Shown here: positions 46,186-56,547 of the stretch, piece by piece
Numbering within the stretch: the first letter of the stretch is position 1
How the letters are laid out: every line of letters begins with the position of its first letter
From: a virus
IMG/VR virus record: IMGVR_UViG_3300013126_000026
Coordinates: 4,337-68,336 of that record
Strand: one strand, 5' to 3'
Length of the DNA: 64,000 nucleotides
Program-made: the position numbers and the translations under genes
The notes under the pieces: generated by a model
What the model was told of the DNA's origin: nothing
Databases searched by the model: none
The model's input: only the letters and a program-made list of their open reading frames with translations

Positions 46186-46632
46186 TTATTGTAACGACAT
46201 GTAACAGTATGCGTTACTATCTGAGGTTTCAGTGTTATGCCAATTACTAGCAAGTTTGAAGCCTACACTATTATATGTTTTCCAGCTATCTAATCTGGGC
46301 AAACTCCAAATAAATTTTGCTTTTTCAAGTTTTGCTTGTTTAATGGTAGCTTTAAGTAATGCTATACCTAATCCCAATCCTCTAAATTGTTTCTTTAAAT
46401 ATAATCCACGACTACGATATGAGCCATCAGCACAACGATGTCCACTATTAACACCCATTACTTTTCCGCCTAATACATATCCAAATAATGTAGGATTGTA
46501 TTTCATATTATCCATGTTGTAACCAGACAAAAAATTCATAGCACTAGTTGATTCTATTTTGCTTGTTCTTGTTGGCCATAATTCTTTAGACCAAATTTCG
46601 TAAATTTCTTCCCAAGTTATTTGTTGTATCAT
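46186..46632 (-). CDS. GNAT acetyltransferase
   Basis: FRGLGLG...Y...GF. Confidence 0.82.
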   Translation of the reverse strand: MIQQITWEEIYEIWSKELWPTRTSKIESTSAMNFLSGYNMDNMKYNPTLFGYVLGGKVMGVNSGHRCADGSYRSRGLYLKKQFRGLGLGIALLKATIKQAKLEKAKFIWSLPRLDSWKTYNSVGFKLASNWHNTETSDSNAYCYMSLQ

Positions 46633-46642
46633 AAGTATATGT

Positions 46643-47191
46643 ATGGATTATACTGCATTTTCACATGGTCAAATTATCAGTAAAAACTGGTTACTAGACC
46701 ATATCGAATATTATTTATATACTGATATCAACATAATAATATTAGGTGGATGGTATAATATATTAGGATTTATGTTGCTAACAAGATTTCCTGAAAAAAT
46801 CAAACACATTACAAATATTGATATTGATAAAGTAGCTATAGACATTGCTAACAAGATTACTGAAGCATATGTAATGAATGGGAAAGTTACTAATGTTTGT
46901 GCTAATGCGGATACACTTAACAATTATAACTATGATCTAGTTATAAATTGTAGTCCTGAACATATGGCAGATGATAACTGGTTCAATCAAATAAAATCAA
47001 ATAAGTTAGTTTGTTTACAATCAAGCAATGTGACAACAATAGAAATGCCATGGAACTGTATCAATCCAAACCCATCATTATTATACTTTAAGAATCATTA
47101 CCCACTACTACAAGTTTTGTTTTTAGATACCTTACCTATAAGATATGAAAATAGTGGCTATGACAGGTATATGTTAATCGGAGTTAGTTGA
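46643..47191 (+). CDS. SAM methyltransferase-like protein
   Basis: ILGGWY, IDID, DLVINCSPEH. Confidence 0.75.
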   Translation: MDYTAFSHGQIISKNWLLDHIEYYLYTDINIIILGGWYNILGFMLLTRFPEKIKHITNIDIDKVAIDIANKITEAYVMNGKVTNVCANADTLNNYNYDLVINCSPEHMADDNWFNQIKSNKLVCLQSSNVTTIEMPWNCINPNPSLLYFKNHYPLLQVLFLDTLPIRYENSGYDRYMLIGVS

Positions 47192-47401
47192 GTATCTATC
47201 AATAAAGTTACGTACTTTATAATAGTCTTCAGGAGCATATTTAAAACTTGTGGTACCCATTGTTGTAAAAACTTCAGTAAAACTAATATTGTTGTTTCTA
47301 CAAAATTCTGTAATAGCTTTTCTACTAAAACTATCTATTGGCCATATTTCAAATAAAACCTCTGTAAAACTAGCATTAGGTTTTACAAAAAAACTACTCA
47401 T
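47174..47401 (-). CDS. Hypothetical protein (MSSFFVK...)
   Basis: Internal ATG of the track ORF. Confidence 0.45.
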   Translation of the reverse strand: MSSFFVKPNASFTEVLFEIWPIDSFSRKAITEFCRNNNISFTEVFTTMGTTSFKYAPEDYYKVRNFIDRYSTNSD

Positions 47402-47639
47402 CACCCAAATCCTGATCAAAACGTTTTTCTTGTATTGTTTTTTCTTTAAAGACTTTTCTTGGATTAGCACACATAACACACTTAGGATTGCCACAATTTA
47501 GTGCGTGTTTTTTAACTAGTTTATGTGGTTCAATAACTGGCATATGATGCGCTTTAGCTATCTTTACTTGTTTAACTACTGCGTTCTGATCTTTTAATAA
47601 TCTTTTACTATGCTTAATTTTATCTTCAGACGCACTCAT
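47394..47639 (-). CDS. Conserved basic phage protein (C.NP.C..C.NPR)
   Basis: AGGAG SD, Cys motif. Confidence 0.65.
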   Translation of the reverse strand: MSASEDKIKHSKRLLKDQNAVVKQVKIAKAHHMPVIEPHKLVKKHALNCGNPKCVMCANPRKVFKEKTIQEKRFDQDLGDE

Positions 47640-47651
47640 AATTAAACTCCT

Positions 47652-48032
47652 TTACTGTAATTGTTTATCTTTATAGTCCTTAATTGCTGCTTTAATAGCA
47701 TCTTCAGCTAGGATTGAGCAGTGGATTTTAACGGGGGGCAATGCGAGTTCTTCCGCAATTTCTGTATTTCTGATTCTTTCTGCCTCATCCAATGTTTTAC
47801 CTTTGACCCATTCTGTGACAAGGCTTGATGAAGCAATTGCCGACCCGCACCCATACGTTTTAAATTTTGCATCTGTTATTACTCCATCTACTACTTTTAT
47901 TTGTAACTTCATAACGTCCCCACATGCTGGGGCTCCAACCATACCTGTTCCAATGTGTTCTTCAGATTTGTTGAAACTTCCAACATTGCGTGGATTTTCA
48001 TAATGGTCAATCAATTGCGGCGAATATGACAT
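47652..48032 (-). CDS. iscU: Fe-S cluster scaffold IscU
   Basis: NPRNVG, GAPACGD, TYGCGSA, LPPVKIHC. Confidence 0.97.
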   Translation of the reverse strand: MSYSPQLIDHYENPRNVGSFNKSEEHIGTGMVGAPACGDVMKLQIKVVDGVITDAKFKTYGCGSAIASSSLVTEWVKGKTLDEAERIRNTEIAEELALPPVKIHCSILAEDAIKAAIKDYKDKQLQ

Positions 48033-48177
48033 TCTTGTTCCTCATAATAATCAAAAAACTTTGACAAAAACATTTGCCATTCTAATTGTTCTTGGGTAGG
48101 AGGTTCAACTTCTAGCCAAATTATCTTACTACTAGATTTAGCTTTTAAATATTCGGCTAAGTAAACAACATCACCCA

Positions 48178-48516
48178 TTATCGTTGTACACAGGTTCTTT
48201 CTTTTACAATCTGTCCATCAGCCTGCAGTACTTCACGCCATTCAGTACATTGTACTTGTACTGGTTGTGGTACTTGTTGTACTATAACTGGTTGGTCAAC
48301 AATAATTGGGTTAGGACGAGTTAATGCGTATGTTACTGCGCCACCAATAATTAATGGTGCTACCCAACCATGATTATGATGCCAATGATGATTGTTAAAA
48401 TGTCTATGTTGATAATGACCATGCCCGCCATAACCATGTCTATGACCACCTGCGACTGCTACTGAACATACTGATAGTGCTACTGCTGCTATCATTGATT
48501 TAATAAATGTACTCAT
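48178..48516 (-). CDS. Exported His/Gly-rich protein
   Basis: Signal peptide, His-rich segment. Confidence 0.65.
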   Translation of the reverse strand: MSTFIKSMIAAVALSVCSVAVAGGHRHGYGGHGHYQHRHFNNHHWHHNHGWVAPLIIGGAVTYALTRPNPIIVDQPVIVQQVPQPVQVQCTEWREVLQADGQIVKERTCVQR

Positions 48517-48535
48517 GGATATTTCTCCTGTACTG

Positions 48536-49099
48536 TTAATATTTATCTGTATCTACCACAATCCATCCTAATTGTAGTAAATCTTCACGAATTTCGTCAG
48601 TTACAACTGACTCACTGACATATTGTTTTGTAATTTCATATCTTTGTTTTTGTTCTACAGACCAAGTTTTTATCTCCTCAGGATTCTTAATATTAGAGTA
48701 ATTGATGCCACTACAATACCAATCAATATAATCACCCTGTTCACGCATATCAGCAATTATACCACCAGCGTAACGCCAACTACAACTCCAGTTAGTTTCT
48801 TGTAATAATGGCCATACTTCATTTTTTCTAAAGTCATTATTACATAACGCTGCGTACAAGTTTTGTGCGTAGGCATCACACGCCTTTGCTTTATCACAAA
48901 TCCATACTGTAGACCTTAAATCGTATTCTAAATTATGTATTTTCCATTCATCAGTGGCTTCACGTTGTTCCTTGTATTGTTTTTCTGATAATATTAAATC
49001 AATATAATCATTTGATTGATCCACTGTATGCTTGCCTTCATTAACTCGTTTCAGTAATCTATCAACTGGTAGTGTATATTTTTCCTCGCTACTATTCAT
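48536..49099 (-). CDS. Hypothetical protein
   Basis: ORF. Confidence 0.7.
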   Translation of the reverse strand: MNSSEEKYTLPVDRLLKRVNEGKHTVDQSNDYIDLILSEKQYKEQREATDEWKIHNLEYDLRSTVWICDKAKACDAYAQNLYAALCNNDFRKNEVWPLLQETNWSCSWRYAGGIIADMREQGDYIDWYCSGINYSNIKNPEEIKTWSVEQKQRYEITKQYVSESVVTDEIREDLLQLGWIVVDTDKY

Positions 49100-49628
49100 T
49101 TTCCACCTCTATCCAAGTATAATCACCCAACCATTTAACTTTACAAATATACTTATACTGTACTGGTGATCCCGTACTCCAATCATTAGGACCCAATAAT
49201 GATAATCTACTACAATTATCCTTTTCATCAAACAATAGCCAGTATATACTACCATGGCTTATTTTAAAACTATATTGGGCACCATGAACCAAATCAGTGA
49301 TTTCTAATCGTCTTTTTACACTTGCTGCTTGAGTTTGTAAGACACTGACCAACTCCATAATTCTATCATATTCTTGTTGGGCATGCATCCTAGCAACATT
49401 GACCATAATGTCTTTTTGTTGCTGAATGGGTATTAAATCAAATTTTGGACTACTTACTTCTGTAGGATATGGGGTAACATTTCTATTGATAAACTGTACT
49501 AGACTATTACCAATATTGGCATCAAAACTTTCTCGACCTTTTGATAGATTACTCTTGCTCACAGCTACAACTATCATCAAATAGATTTGTTGCTTCCCAT
49601 GGCAAGTAATCTTTGCCAAAATGACCAT
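49092..49628 (-). CDS. DUF2452-like hypothetical protein
   Basis: PYPT...LS...P..W...W pattern; start uncertain. Confidence 0.6.
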   Translation of the reverse strand: MVILAKITCHGKQQIYLMIVVAVSKSNLSKGRESFDANIGNSLVQFINRNVTPYPTEVSSPKFDLIPIQQQKDIMVNVARMHAQQEYDRIMELVSVLQTQAASVKRRLEITDLVHGAQYSFKISHGSIYWLLFDEKDNCSRLSLLGPNDWSTGSPVQYKYICKVKWLGDYTWIEVENE

Positions 49629-50679
49629 AGTTAGTTGTCATACTATAGATTGGTCTAAACAAATCAAATCTATCTATGATACCTTTAGGAGTTAAATCAA
49701 CGTTCTTCAATACCCATTCTGTTAAATCACTTTCTACTGTGCTATTATCAGTGCGTATATGAAAACTCATGGGTTCATGATGACCAATAGCATAACTAAT
49801 TTGACAAGTGGCCCAACTAGATTTTTTACCTGCTACAATATTTTTAGCAATATATCGCATCATATATGCTGCGCTACGATCAACTTTGGTAGGATCCTTA
49901 CCACTAAAAGCGCCGCCGCCATGTGGACTATATCCACCATATGTATCTACAATGATCTTACGACCAGTTAAACCTGTATCACCATCTGGTCCACCGATTA
50001 CAAATCTACCAGTTGGATTAATATAAAATTTTGTATGTTCATCTACATATTCTACTGGTAATACTTTTCTAATAATTTCTTCAACTAATTGTCGCAATTC
50101 ATCAATATTAATACTAGGATGATGTTGAGTTGAACAAACAACTTTATCAATTCTATAAGGTTTTAAAAATCCATCATCATATTCAAATGTTACCTGACTT
50201 TTAGCATCAGGTAAAAGAATATGTCCTAGACCATTTTTTCTAGCAGTAGATAATGCTTCAACTATACGATGTGAGTAATATATTGCTGCTGGCATATGTA
50301 CATCTGTTTCAGTACTAGCATATCCAAACATTAATCCTTGATCACCTGCTCCAAAGTTGTCCGTGCCTAAAGCAATGTCAGGGCTTTGTCCATGCATTAG
50401 GTTAGCGATGTTTAGTGTTTGCCAGTGAAACCCGTCTTGTTCATAACCAATGTTCTTAACTACTTTGCGTACAAGGTATTCAACATCTAACGTATCTAAT
50501 AAACCTTTATACTCTCCTGCGATAATAACTTGATTAGTGGTGACCATGGTTTCGCAAGCACAACGAAGCGCAGGATCTTGGTGTTGCATAAAACTATCTA
50601 AAATAGCATCACTAATACCGTCAGCGACTTTATCTGGATGCCCCTCACTAACACTTTCACTCGTAAAAAGATACTTCAT
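49549..50679 (-). CDS. metK: S-adenosylmethionine synthetase
   Basis: FTSESVSEGHPDK, GAGDQG, GGGAFSGKD, YGHFG. Confidence 0.97.
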   Translation of the reverse strand: MKYLFTSESVSEGHPDKVADGISDAILDSFMQHQDPALRCACETMVTTNQVIIAGEYKGLLDTLDVEYLVRKVVKNIGYEQDGFHWQTLNIANLMHGQSPDIALGTDNFGAGDQGLMFGYASTETDVHMPAAIYYSHRIVEALSTARKNGLGHILLPDAKSQVTFEYDDGFLKPYRIDKVVCSTQHHPSINIDELRQLVEEIIRKVLPVEYVDEHTKFYINPTGRFVIGGPDGDTGLTGRKIIVDTYGGYSPHGGGAFSGKDPTKVDRSAAYMMRYIAKNIVAGKKSSWATCQISYAIGHHEPMSFHIRTDNSTVESDLTEWVLKNVDLTPKGIIDRFDLFRPIYSMTTNYGHFGKDYLPWEATNLFDDSCSCEQE

Positions 50680-50687
50680 AATAACCT

Positions 50688-51023
50688 TTATTTAAAGAAA
50701 ATCAATGCCATCAACGTGGCTTGTGCCATAAAACCTAATCCAATCGTAATAAGATTTATACGATTCTTTTCAATAATAGCTTTCATAAACAATAAACCTA
50801 ATCCTGCCCATACAATTAGTACAAACTCAATTGGAGGCATATTATCTGTAAGTCCCAACATCAACCCCACTAAATTGGGAGCTGTAGCAGCATGAAAACA
50901 CAATACTGCCATCCAATGTATAGTTTCAGCACTAATATGTGTGATTTTTTCTTTGAAATCTTTACCGATCTCAGCGAACCAATTTAGTATGGCTGCTACA
51001 AATTTATTAACAAGTTCCATATT
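50688..51023 (-). CDS. Membrane protein
   Basis: Three TM segments. Confidence 0.65.
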   Translation of the reverse strand, partial: NMELVNKFVAAILNWFAEIGKDFKEKITHISAETIHWMAVLCFHAATAPNLVGLMLGLTDNMPPIEFVLIVWAGLGLLFMKAIIEKNRINLITIGLGFMAQATLMALIFFK

Positions 51024-51567
51024 AAATTTTAACCTTTTCGTTGTAAAAGATGTGTGATCCAATTTTAGCTACCCTTTCATGTTTCCAGTTTGGTTTGACA
51101 TAATCTGCGTGAAAATATAGTGCGTCTTTTAGTACAGTAAGCCTAAACCCTTCTAACAATACTTTTTTAGCTACCTCATAGCTTTCATTGTAAGCATCGT
51201 TATGTATAGGTCTTCTACGTGCTGCTGTATCACAATACCAACTAAATTGGCATACAACTTTTTCCATGATAACATTTTTCTGATATACAACTTGACAAAT
51301 ATCACTAGGAAAGCGTGGATCGTTGCTACGATTTAATGTAACCTGTGCTACAGCAACCTTGCCCTCAAAGGGCTCATGTCCTGCTTCTTTATAGATATTC
51401 ATTGCCAAGCAACTTAATCTTTTTTCAATAACATCAGTTGTAGGATGATTGTTAACAAACTGTTGTGACTTATAGTACTGAATCTTTTGTGTTCCTATTG
51501 TATAGGTTAATGTTGCTACTAATAATAAACCTATTGTATAATACAATCCTCTTAAGGATAATTCCAT
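51022..51567 (-). CDS. Cell wall hydrolase (SleB/Hydrolase_2)
   Basis: CLA.NIY.EA, VAQV.LNR, QFSW, IG.HIFY. Confidence 0.92.
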   Translation of the reverse strand: MELSLRGLYYTIGLLLVATLTYTIGTQKIQYYKSQQFVNNHPTTDVIEKRLSCLAMNIYKEAGHEPFEGKVAVAQVTLNRSNDPRFPSDICQVVYQKNVIMEKVVCQFSWYCDTAARRRPIHNDAYNESYEVAKKVLLEGFRLTVLKDALYFHADYVKPNWKHERVAKIGSHIFYNEKVKI

Positions 51568-51655
51568 TTTATTTCTCCTTTCGTTCGAACCTAATGTTCG
51601 GTAATTGGACAGATATAGTATATATCTATTCTTTTAATTAGTAAAGTTTAATGGA

Positions 51656-53236
51656 CTAGATGTTCCAACAATCACAGTTACAAAGAATAACTTGGTCAAT
51701 AGCTTCTTGTACTGATAATGTAGAACATAGCATCTGACTAGCAAAATATGCTTTATCAAGATTTGGCGTGAGTATTGGAGCAGTGATATTAAGTCCTCCT
51801 GGTGTGCTTGGTTGGGTTGCCACAATCGCTCCTGATTGTGGGCTTTGATCAGGATCAGTATATGGATTAATATATGGACCTGTTCCTACTTGGCTGTTAA
51901 CTGCCACAATACAATTATTAACAGTTACGCTATTTAAGATTGTTTCAATAGTTCCTGGTTGTTTTTCACCTAAGGCTACTAAAGGTATTTGATTACAGTT
52001 ATCATATACCATGTTGTTACATGGACTAATTTCTGTGTCGCCTATTTTATTAATGCTGTTTGGTGGCAAGGTGTATTGTGTAGTAGATGTTGAACCAATT
52101 GGACTTATACCTGTACCATTTACAGCAGCATCAACTGTACCATTTAACAATAGTTGTGCTGCTAAATTCGCATCTAAAGCATCACTTATAGAGTTGTCAA
52201 CTGGAACACCTGCTTCTGCTAATACTGCTTGATTTCTTGAACTACGCATCAATGCTATAATACTTTGACCACCAACTGTGTTCAAATCACTTATGTTTTC
52301 TAATGTTTGAGCACTCATATGCGGTAATGTTTCTTTAGCATAAGTTGGTATACTATCAACAAAAGCTTCAAACACTCCGGGAATAGGATTACTTCTATAA
52401 TCTTTAGGTATGGCTACTGGACTTATTCCTATATATCTAGCACGTTGTTCTACTTTTAATTGTTGTCCAATAACTTTATATAATTCATTTAGTGTGGTTG
52501 CTGTACTAGCAAGTGTAGCAAGTAAAGCATTAGCTTGATCAATATATCCCTGTACTACACTATTCATTCCAGGCCACCCACCAGTGCTGTCATCAGGTGG
52601 TATAGCAATAACAACTGCAGCACTTGCTCCTGAATAACTTATTGATATAACTTTACCATATGTTGACAAATCACTGGGATCTGTTCCTATTGTAGCAGTA
52701 GCAGGATTACCACCAACTGTTACAGTAGGAGCCACTGCTCCGCCTCTACCATATCCACCGCCATAACTTGTAAATGTAAATGTGGAACCGTCCCATGTAG
52801 CAACTGCTTGCTCCCAATTAACAGCCAAATAAAGTTCTTTATAGATGTTATAAAGATCACCATCTATTGGAGCAAACTTTTTAACTTGTTCATAAAATTC
52901 TTTCCATGGATAAGGTAGTCCGCTCATACATCCAAAGAAATCACTCATTGTGTAATTACCGTTAGGGCCACTACCTAAAGCAATTTTATTAAATCCTGCT
53001 GATTGTAGTGTACTATCTACAGGCTTATTTGTCCCGTTTGTTAAAGGTAATATGCTATTGTTTTCTAAAGAAAAAACTGCTTGACTAAAGCTTTCTATTT
53101 TAGCTGATTGAATATTTTTTATTTGACGTAGGCTATAACTTAATGCTCCTGCTGCTACAGCTTGATCTTGTGGAATTATCCCATATAAGTATGAACCATA
53201 CCCTTGATTTAATAATTGAAAATTTACTTCAGCCAT
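51656..53236 (-). CDS. Probable virion/baseplate structural protein
   Basis: Long Ser/Thr/Gly-rich ORF next to the PAAR gene. Confidence 0.6.
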   Translation of the reverse strand: MAEVNFQLLNQGYGSYLYGIIPQDQAVAAGALSYSLRQIKNIQSAKIESFSQAVFSLENNSILPLTNGTNKPVDSTLQSAGFNKIALGSGPNGNYTMSDFFGCMSGLPYPWKEFYEQVKKFAPIDGDLYNIYKELYLAVNWEQAVATWDGSTFTFTSYGGGYGRGGAVAPTVTVGGNPATATIGTDPSDLSTYGKVISISYSGASAAVVIAIPPDDSTGGWPGMNSVVQGYIDQANALLATLASTATTLNELYKVIGQQLKVEQRARYIGISPVAIPKDYRSNPIPGVFEAFVDSIPTYAKETLPHMSAQTLENISDLNTVGGQSIIALMRSSRNQAVLAEAGVPVDNSISDALDANLAAQLLLNGTVDAAVNGTGISPIGSTSTTQYTLPPNSINKIGDTEISPCNNMVYDNCNQIPLVALGEKQPGTIETILNSVTVNNCIVAVNSQVGTGPYINPYTDPDQSPQSGAIVATQPSTPGGLNITAPILTPNLDKAYFASQMLCSTLSVQEAIDQVILCNCDCWNI

Positions 53237-54609
53237 TATAATAAGTCCCTAAAATCACGCTTTCCGCCTATTCTATCTTGTATAGTTTGTGGGCGCAAAG
53301 GTCTTGTATCTGTGTCTAATGTCGTGGGACTTGGAACATTTACCGTATTAGTTGGCGGACTACCGGGTGGTAATTGACTGCCAATAGTTGTCGCAACACC
53401 TGCGCTTGTTATAGCAGGATTAACATCTTGATTTTTATAAATTGGATAATATGTTTTACTATTTGTTGGTCCAGGTTCTGTGTTGTATACGGGAACAGTT
53501 AATGTTGTATAACTATTAGGAAACATCTTTTTTACATTAAGTAAATCAGCTAAACTATCTAAGTTTTTAGTTTTACAATTTAATGGAATCAATACCTGTT
53601 CTAAGTTAGCACCTTGTACTAGTAAAAATGAACTATAGATTTGTGACTCTTGTAATGGTGTAGGAATAGTAGTTTCGTTTGTTATGCCTATAATATCAGT
53701 CAATTCCAATCCATTAGATAATAATGCTAAATTTAATTCTTCTGTAATAGCATTGAACCTAAACAATGTTTGTAGTAAAACACTAGGCAAACCAAAAGTA
53801 TCCAATTTAGATAAATTTATCACACTACCTAAATTAATTAAATCACTACCAAATGCTTGAGTTGCTAGACTTACACCAGTAACATCGCCTGTAATAAGGT
53901 CATTCATGTTACTAAACGTGCCCTCAAGAAAATCTTTACTATTATTTACAGCATTAATACTACGATTTGTGCTATTAATAAAACCATCTGCTGATTGAAA
54001 ACTTCCTATAAAATCAGCATAATGATCAGTGGCTGGATCAGGATTATTAAAGTTGAATTCATTAAATGCTTGTAACGAAAAACAATGTAAAAAACCCCAC
54101 TGAGTTATGCTCATATTGGGATTAGTTAGATCGTATGGATACCATGTAGCATATTGTCCTTGATAGGTTACTCCAGTAACTGGAAAACCTGAAGTAGCAG
54201 GTCCGGGATATGGACTTAAAAATCCTGCGCTAGTTGCTGCTTCTACTGCTTGTGTAGTCCATACCCCACTAGGATCAGTTACATCATACCCGGGTGATTT
54301 AGCTAATCCCAATGCTGGAATAGTTTGATTAGGACTTAGTCCTATACTTATTAAATTTGTATATGTAGCAGCGTTAACTGTAACAAAGGTGCCGTTATCA
54401 ATATCACTAGTGATATAAGCATTATTAATAGCATAAGCTAATAAATTTAAGGCTGTGTCACTAACAATTTTTCCCGGAGTATATGTATAATTGTCTGTGC
54501 TAGTTCCAACATATTCACTAACGATAGGATTAATAGTAAGTCCCTGCTCGTTCAATACTGAACCGAGCACATTAATACCAAGTGGATCTTGTTTACCTGT
54601 ATCTGCCAT
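53236..54609 (-). CDS. Probable virion/baseplate structural protein
   Basis: Long ORF downstream of PAAR; ATAAATA upstream. Confidence 0.6.
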   Translation of the reverse strand: MADTGKQDPLGINVLGSVLNEQGLTINPIVSEYVGTSTDNYTYTPGKIVSDTALNLLAYAINNAYITSDIDNGTFVTVNAATYTNLISIGLSPNQTIPALGLAKSPGYDVTDPSGVWTTQAVEAATSAGFLSPYPGPATSGFPVTGVTYQGQYATWYPYDLTNPNMSITQWGFLHCFSLQAFNEFNFNNPDPATDHYADFIGSFQSADGFINSTNRSINAVNNSKDFLEGTFSNMNDLITGDVTGVSLATQAFGSDLINLGSVINLSKLDTFGLPSVLLQTLFRFNAITEELNLALLSNGLELTDIIGITNETTIPTPLQESQIYSSFLLVQGANLEQVLIPLNCKTKNLDSLADLLNVKKMFPNSYTTLTVPVYNTEPGPTNSKTYYPIYKNQDVNPAITSAGVATTIGSQLPPGSPPTNTVNVPSPTTLDTDTRPLRPQTIQDRIGGKRDFRDLL

Positions 54610-54614
54610 AATAT

Positions 54615-54884
54615 TTATGGTACAAAAACATCAGGACTACCTTTAGCAATACTGTGACCACAGCTATTGCCTGACCCAACACGTAGGACAGGAACACCTT
54701 CACAAAATACAGTAGGACTTCCTTGTGTAGTTTTTGCTGCTTTATGCTTACTACCTTTAGGGTGTGGCGTGATAGGACTAACATGTAATCCTACTTTAAT
54801 ACCATTGGCAAATACCGTGTTTGCTCCACGTACTATTTTACCCCCTACTTGATTTGTATCACCTCTCCTACTTAAATTTGGCAT
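54615..54884 (-). CDS. PAAR-repeat spike tip protein (gp5.4-like)
   Basis: R.GD, G..TVF.NG, PH, GSPTVF, CGH, GSPDVF. Confidence 0.88.
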   Translation of the reverse strand: MPNLSRRGDTNQVGGKIVRGANTVFANGIKVGLHVSPITPHPKGSKHKAAKTTQGSPTVFCEGVPVLRVGSGNSCGHSIAKGSPDVFVP

Positions 54885-54885
54885 A

Positions 54886-55179
54886 TTATCCTAACACTAA
54901 TTTTTTACTAGGTACTGCTATTCCTGTTGTAGCCTGAATGTATTTGTTTTTAACACCTTCTTCAGTTTGTGAAACAATAGCAATACTCTTAGTATTTAGT
55001 TTAGTTTCAGCCTTAGGATCTGCGGTAAACATACTAGGAATAAGCCCTATTCCTTGTGGACCAGGTGCTACACTTACTGGTTCTTCGATTGTAATATAAT
55101 CATCAGAAATCTTAATAATCTTTGCGATTAACTCTTCACCACTATTTAATTTAAAACTGTAAATCTCATTAATATTCAT
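54886..55179 (-). CDS. Sm-like domain phage protein
   Basis: KL.SGEELIA...P...Y...T.GI.VP. Confidence 0.7.
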   Translation of the reverse strand: MNINEIYSFKLNSGEELIAKIIKISDDYITIEEPVSVAPGPQGIGLIPSMFTADPKAETKLNTKSIAIVSQTEEGVKNKYIQATTGIAVPSKKLVLG

Positions 55180-55187
55180 TATTTTCC

Positions 55188-55412
55188 TTATGCGGCTAGG
55201 CGCTTTTGTAATTCATTAAATCCACCAATATATTCTTCACCTAAGAATATTTGTGGTACTGTTCTTGCGTTTGGTACTACTTCTAGTAATTCTTCTTTAG
55301 TAAATCCATCTCCTATTTTACGTTCTTCAATTTCATAACCTCTAGATTTTAATAACAATTTTGCTTGGTCACAATATGGACAGTGGTAACGAGACCAAAT
55401 AATTGCTTTCAT
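55188..55412 (-). CDS. Glutaredoxin
   Basis: CPYC, TVPQIF, IGGF. Confidence 0.95.
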   Translation of the reverse strand: MKAIIWSRYHCPYCDQAKLLLKSRGYEIEERKIGDGFTKEELLEVVPNARTVPQIFLGEEYIGGFNELQKRLAA

Positions 55413-55422
55413 AGTTTTCTCC

Positions 55423-56535
55423 TTAAATCGTTGGTAATTCGTCGTAGTCTAGTTGGTCTGACATTACGCCGATTACATAATTTGTGCTTTCATTTTCTTG
55501 TAATGCTGTTTGCTTTTTACTAGGATCACTATGTTTGTTGAACCATGGAATAGGCGTTGTCTTAGGATGATTTTCTTTATAACGAATACCAATCTCTTTC
55601 AATGCTAGATTAGCAGTATAGTCAACAAAATCTTTAAGTATGTTTGCGTTAAGCCCAATCACAGGACCTTTCTTAAACAAATAATCAGCCCAATTTTTTT
55701 CTTCGTTTATAACATCTAGGTACATTTGATAAACTTCATGTTCACACTCACGTTTTGCATCAGCAAATCTACTATCTTCTTTGACAACAGTATTAATCAT
55801 ATAAGCAGTCCATTCTTTATGTAATACTTCATCCTGTAGTATTAATGCGATTATATTTCCATTGCCAATAAAGATTTTATTTTCTACCATAGCAAGACTT
55901 GTAGCAAAGCTTACCATAAATCTTAATGCTTCTAGTGCATAACTGGCATTAAGTGCTAACCAAATAGCCTTGATATGAGTTGATTCAAGAAACGGAAGGT
56001 TCGGAGGTTCGGAGGTTTCTTTAATACAATTTAATTTATGTAGGTTATCGTAATATTTTCCAACACTGCTAGCCATATCTACAATTTCTTTTGTATCATG
56101 TATTGTATTAAATACCTCTTTGGGCACATTATAGATATTACGTATAATATGGCTATAACTACGGCTATGTATGTTTGTTTCAAAAAATGTCCAATTATAC
56201 ACTAGTGCTTCTAGTTCAGGTAAACTAATAACGGGAGTAAAAATTTGACTTGGGCCTCGCCCCTGTATACTATCAAGTGCGGTTTGTCTTAACAAGTTGC
56301 TAGTAAAGATATGTTTCACTGCGTCACTTGCCTCTTTAAAGTCGCTTGCGTCTTTAGTCAGGCTTATTTCTTCAGGCACCCAAAAGAATCCACGTGCTGT
56401 AGTTTCAAAGTTTTGTATTTTGGGATACTTAACCTCTTCAAATCTTTGGATAGTGACTGGACCTTCGTTATCTAAAAACATTTTACGATGAAGGTAATCT
56501 GTCTTTGTGTGTAAGTTATATTGTTGTGTGCTCAT
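55423..56535 (-). CDS. nrdB: Ribonucleotide reductase class Ia beta subunit
   Basis: FFW.PEE, ETNIHSRSY, DEVLH. Confidence 0.97.
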   Translation of the reverse strand: MSTQQYNLHTKTDYLHRKMFLDNEGPVTIQRFEEVKYPKIQNFETTARGFFWVPEEISLTKDASDFKEASDAVKHIFTSNLLRQTALDSIQGRGPSQIFTPVISLPELEALVYNWTFFETNIHSRSYSHIIRNIYNVPKEVFNTIHDTKEIVDMASSVGKYYDNLHKLNCIKETSEPPNLPFLESTHIKAIWLALNASYALEALRFMVSFATSLAMVENKIFIGNGNIIALILQDEVLHKEWTAYMINTVVKEDSRFADAKRECEHEVYQMYLDVINEEKNWADYLFKKGPVIGLNANILKDFVDYTANLALKEIGIRYKENHPKTTPIPWFNKHSDPSKKQTALQENESTNYVIGVMSDQLDYDELPTI

Positions 56536-56547
56536 TTTTTTATACTC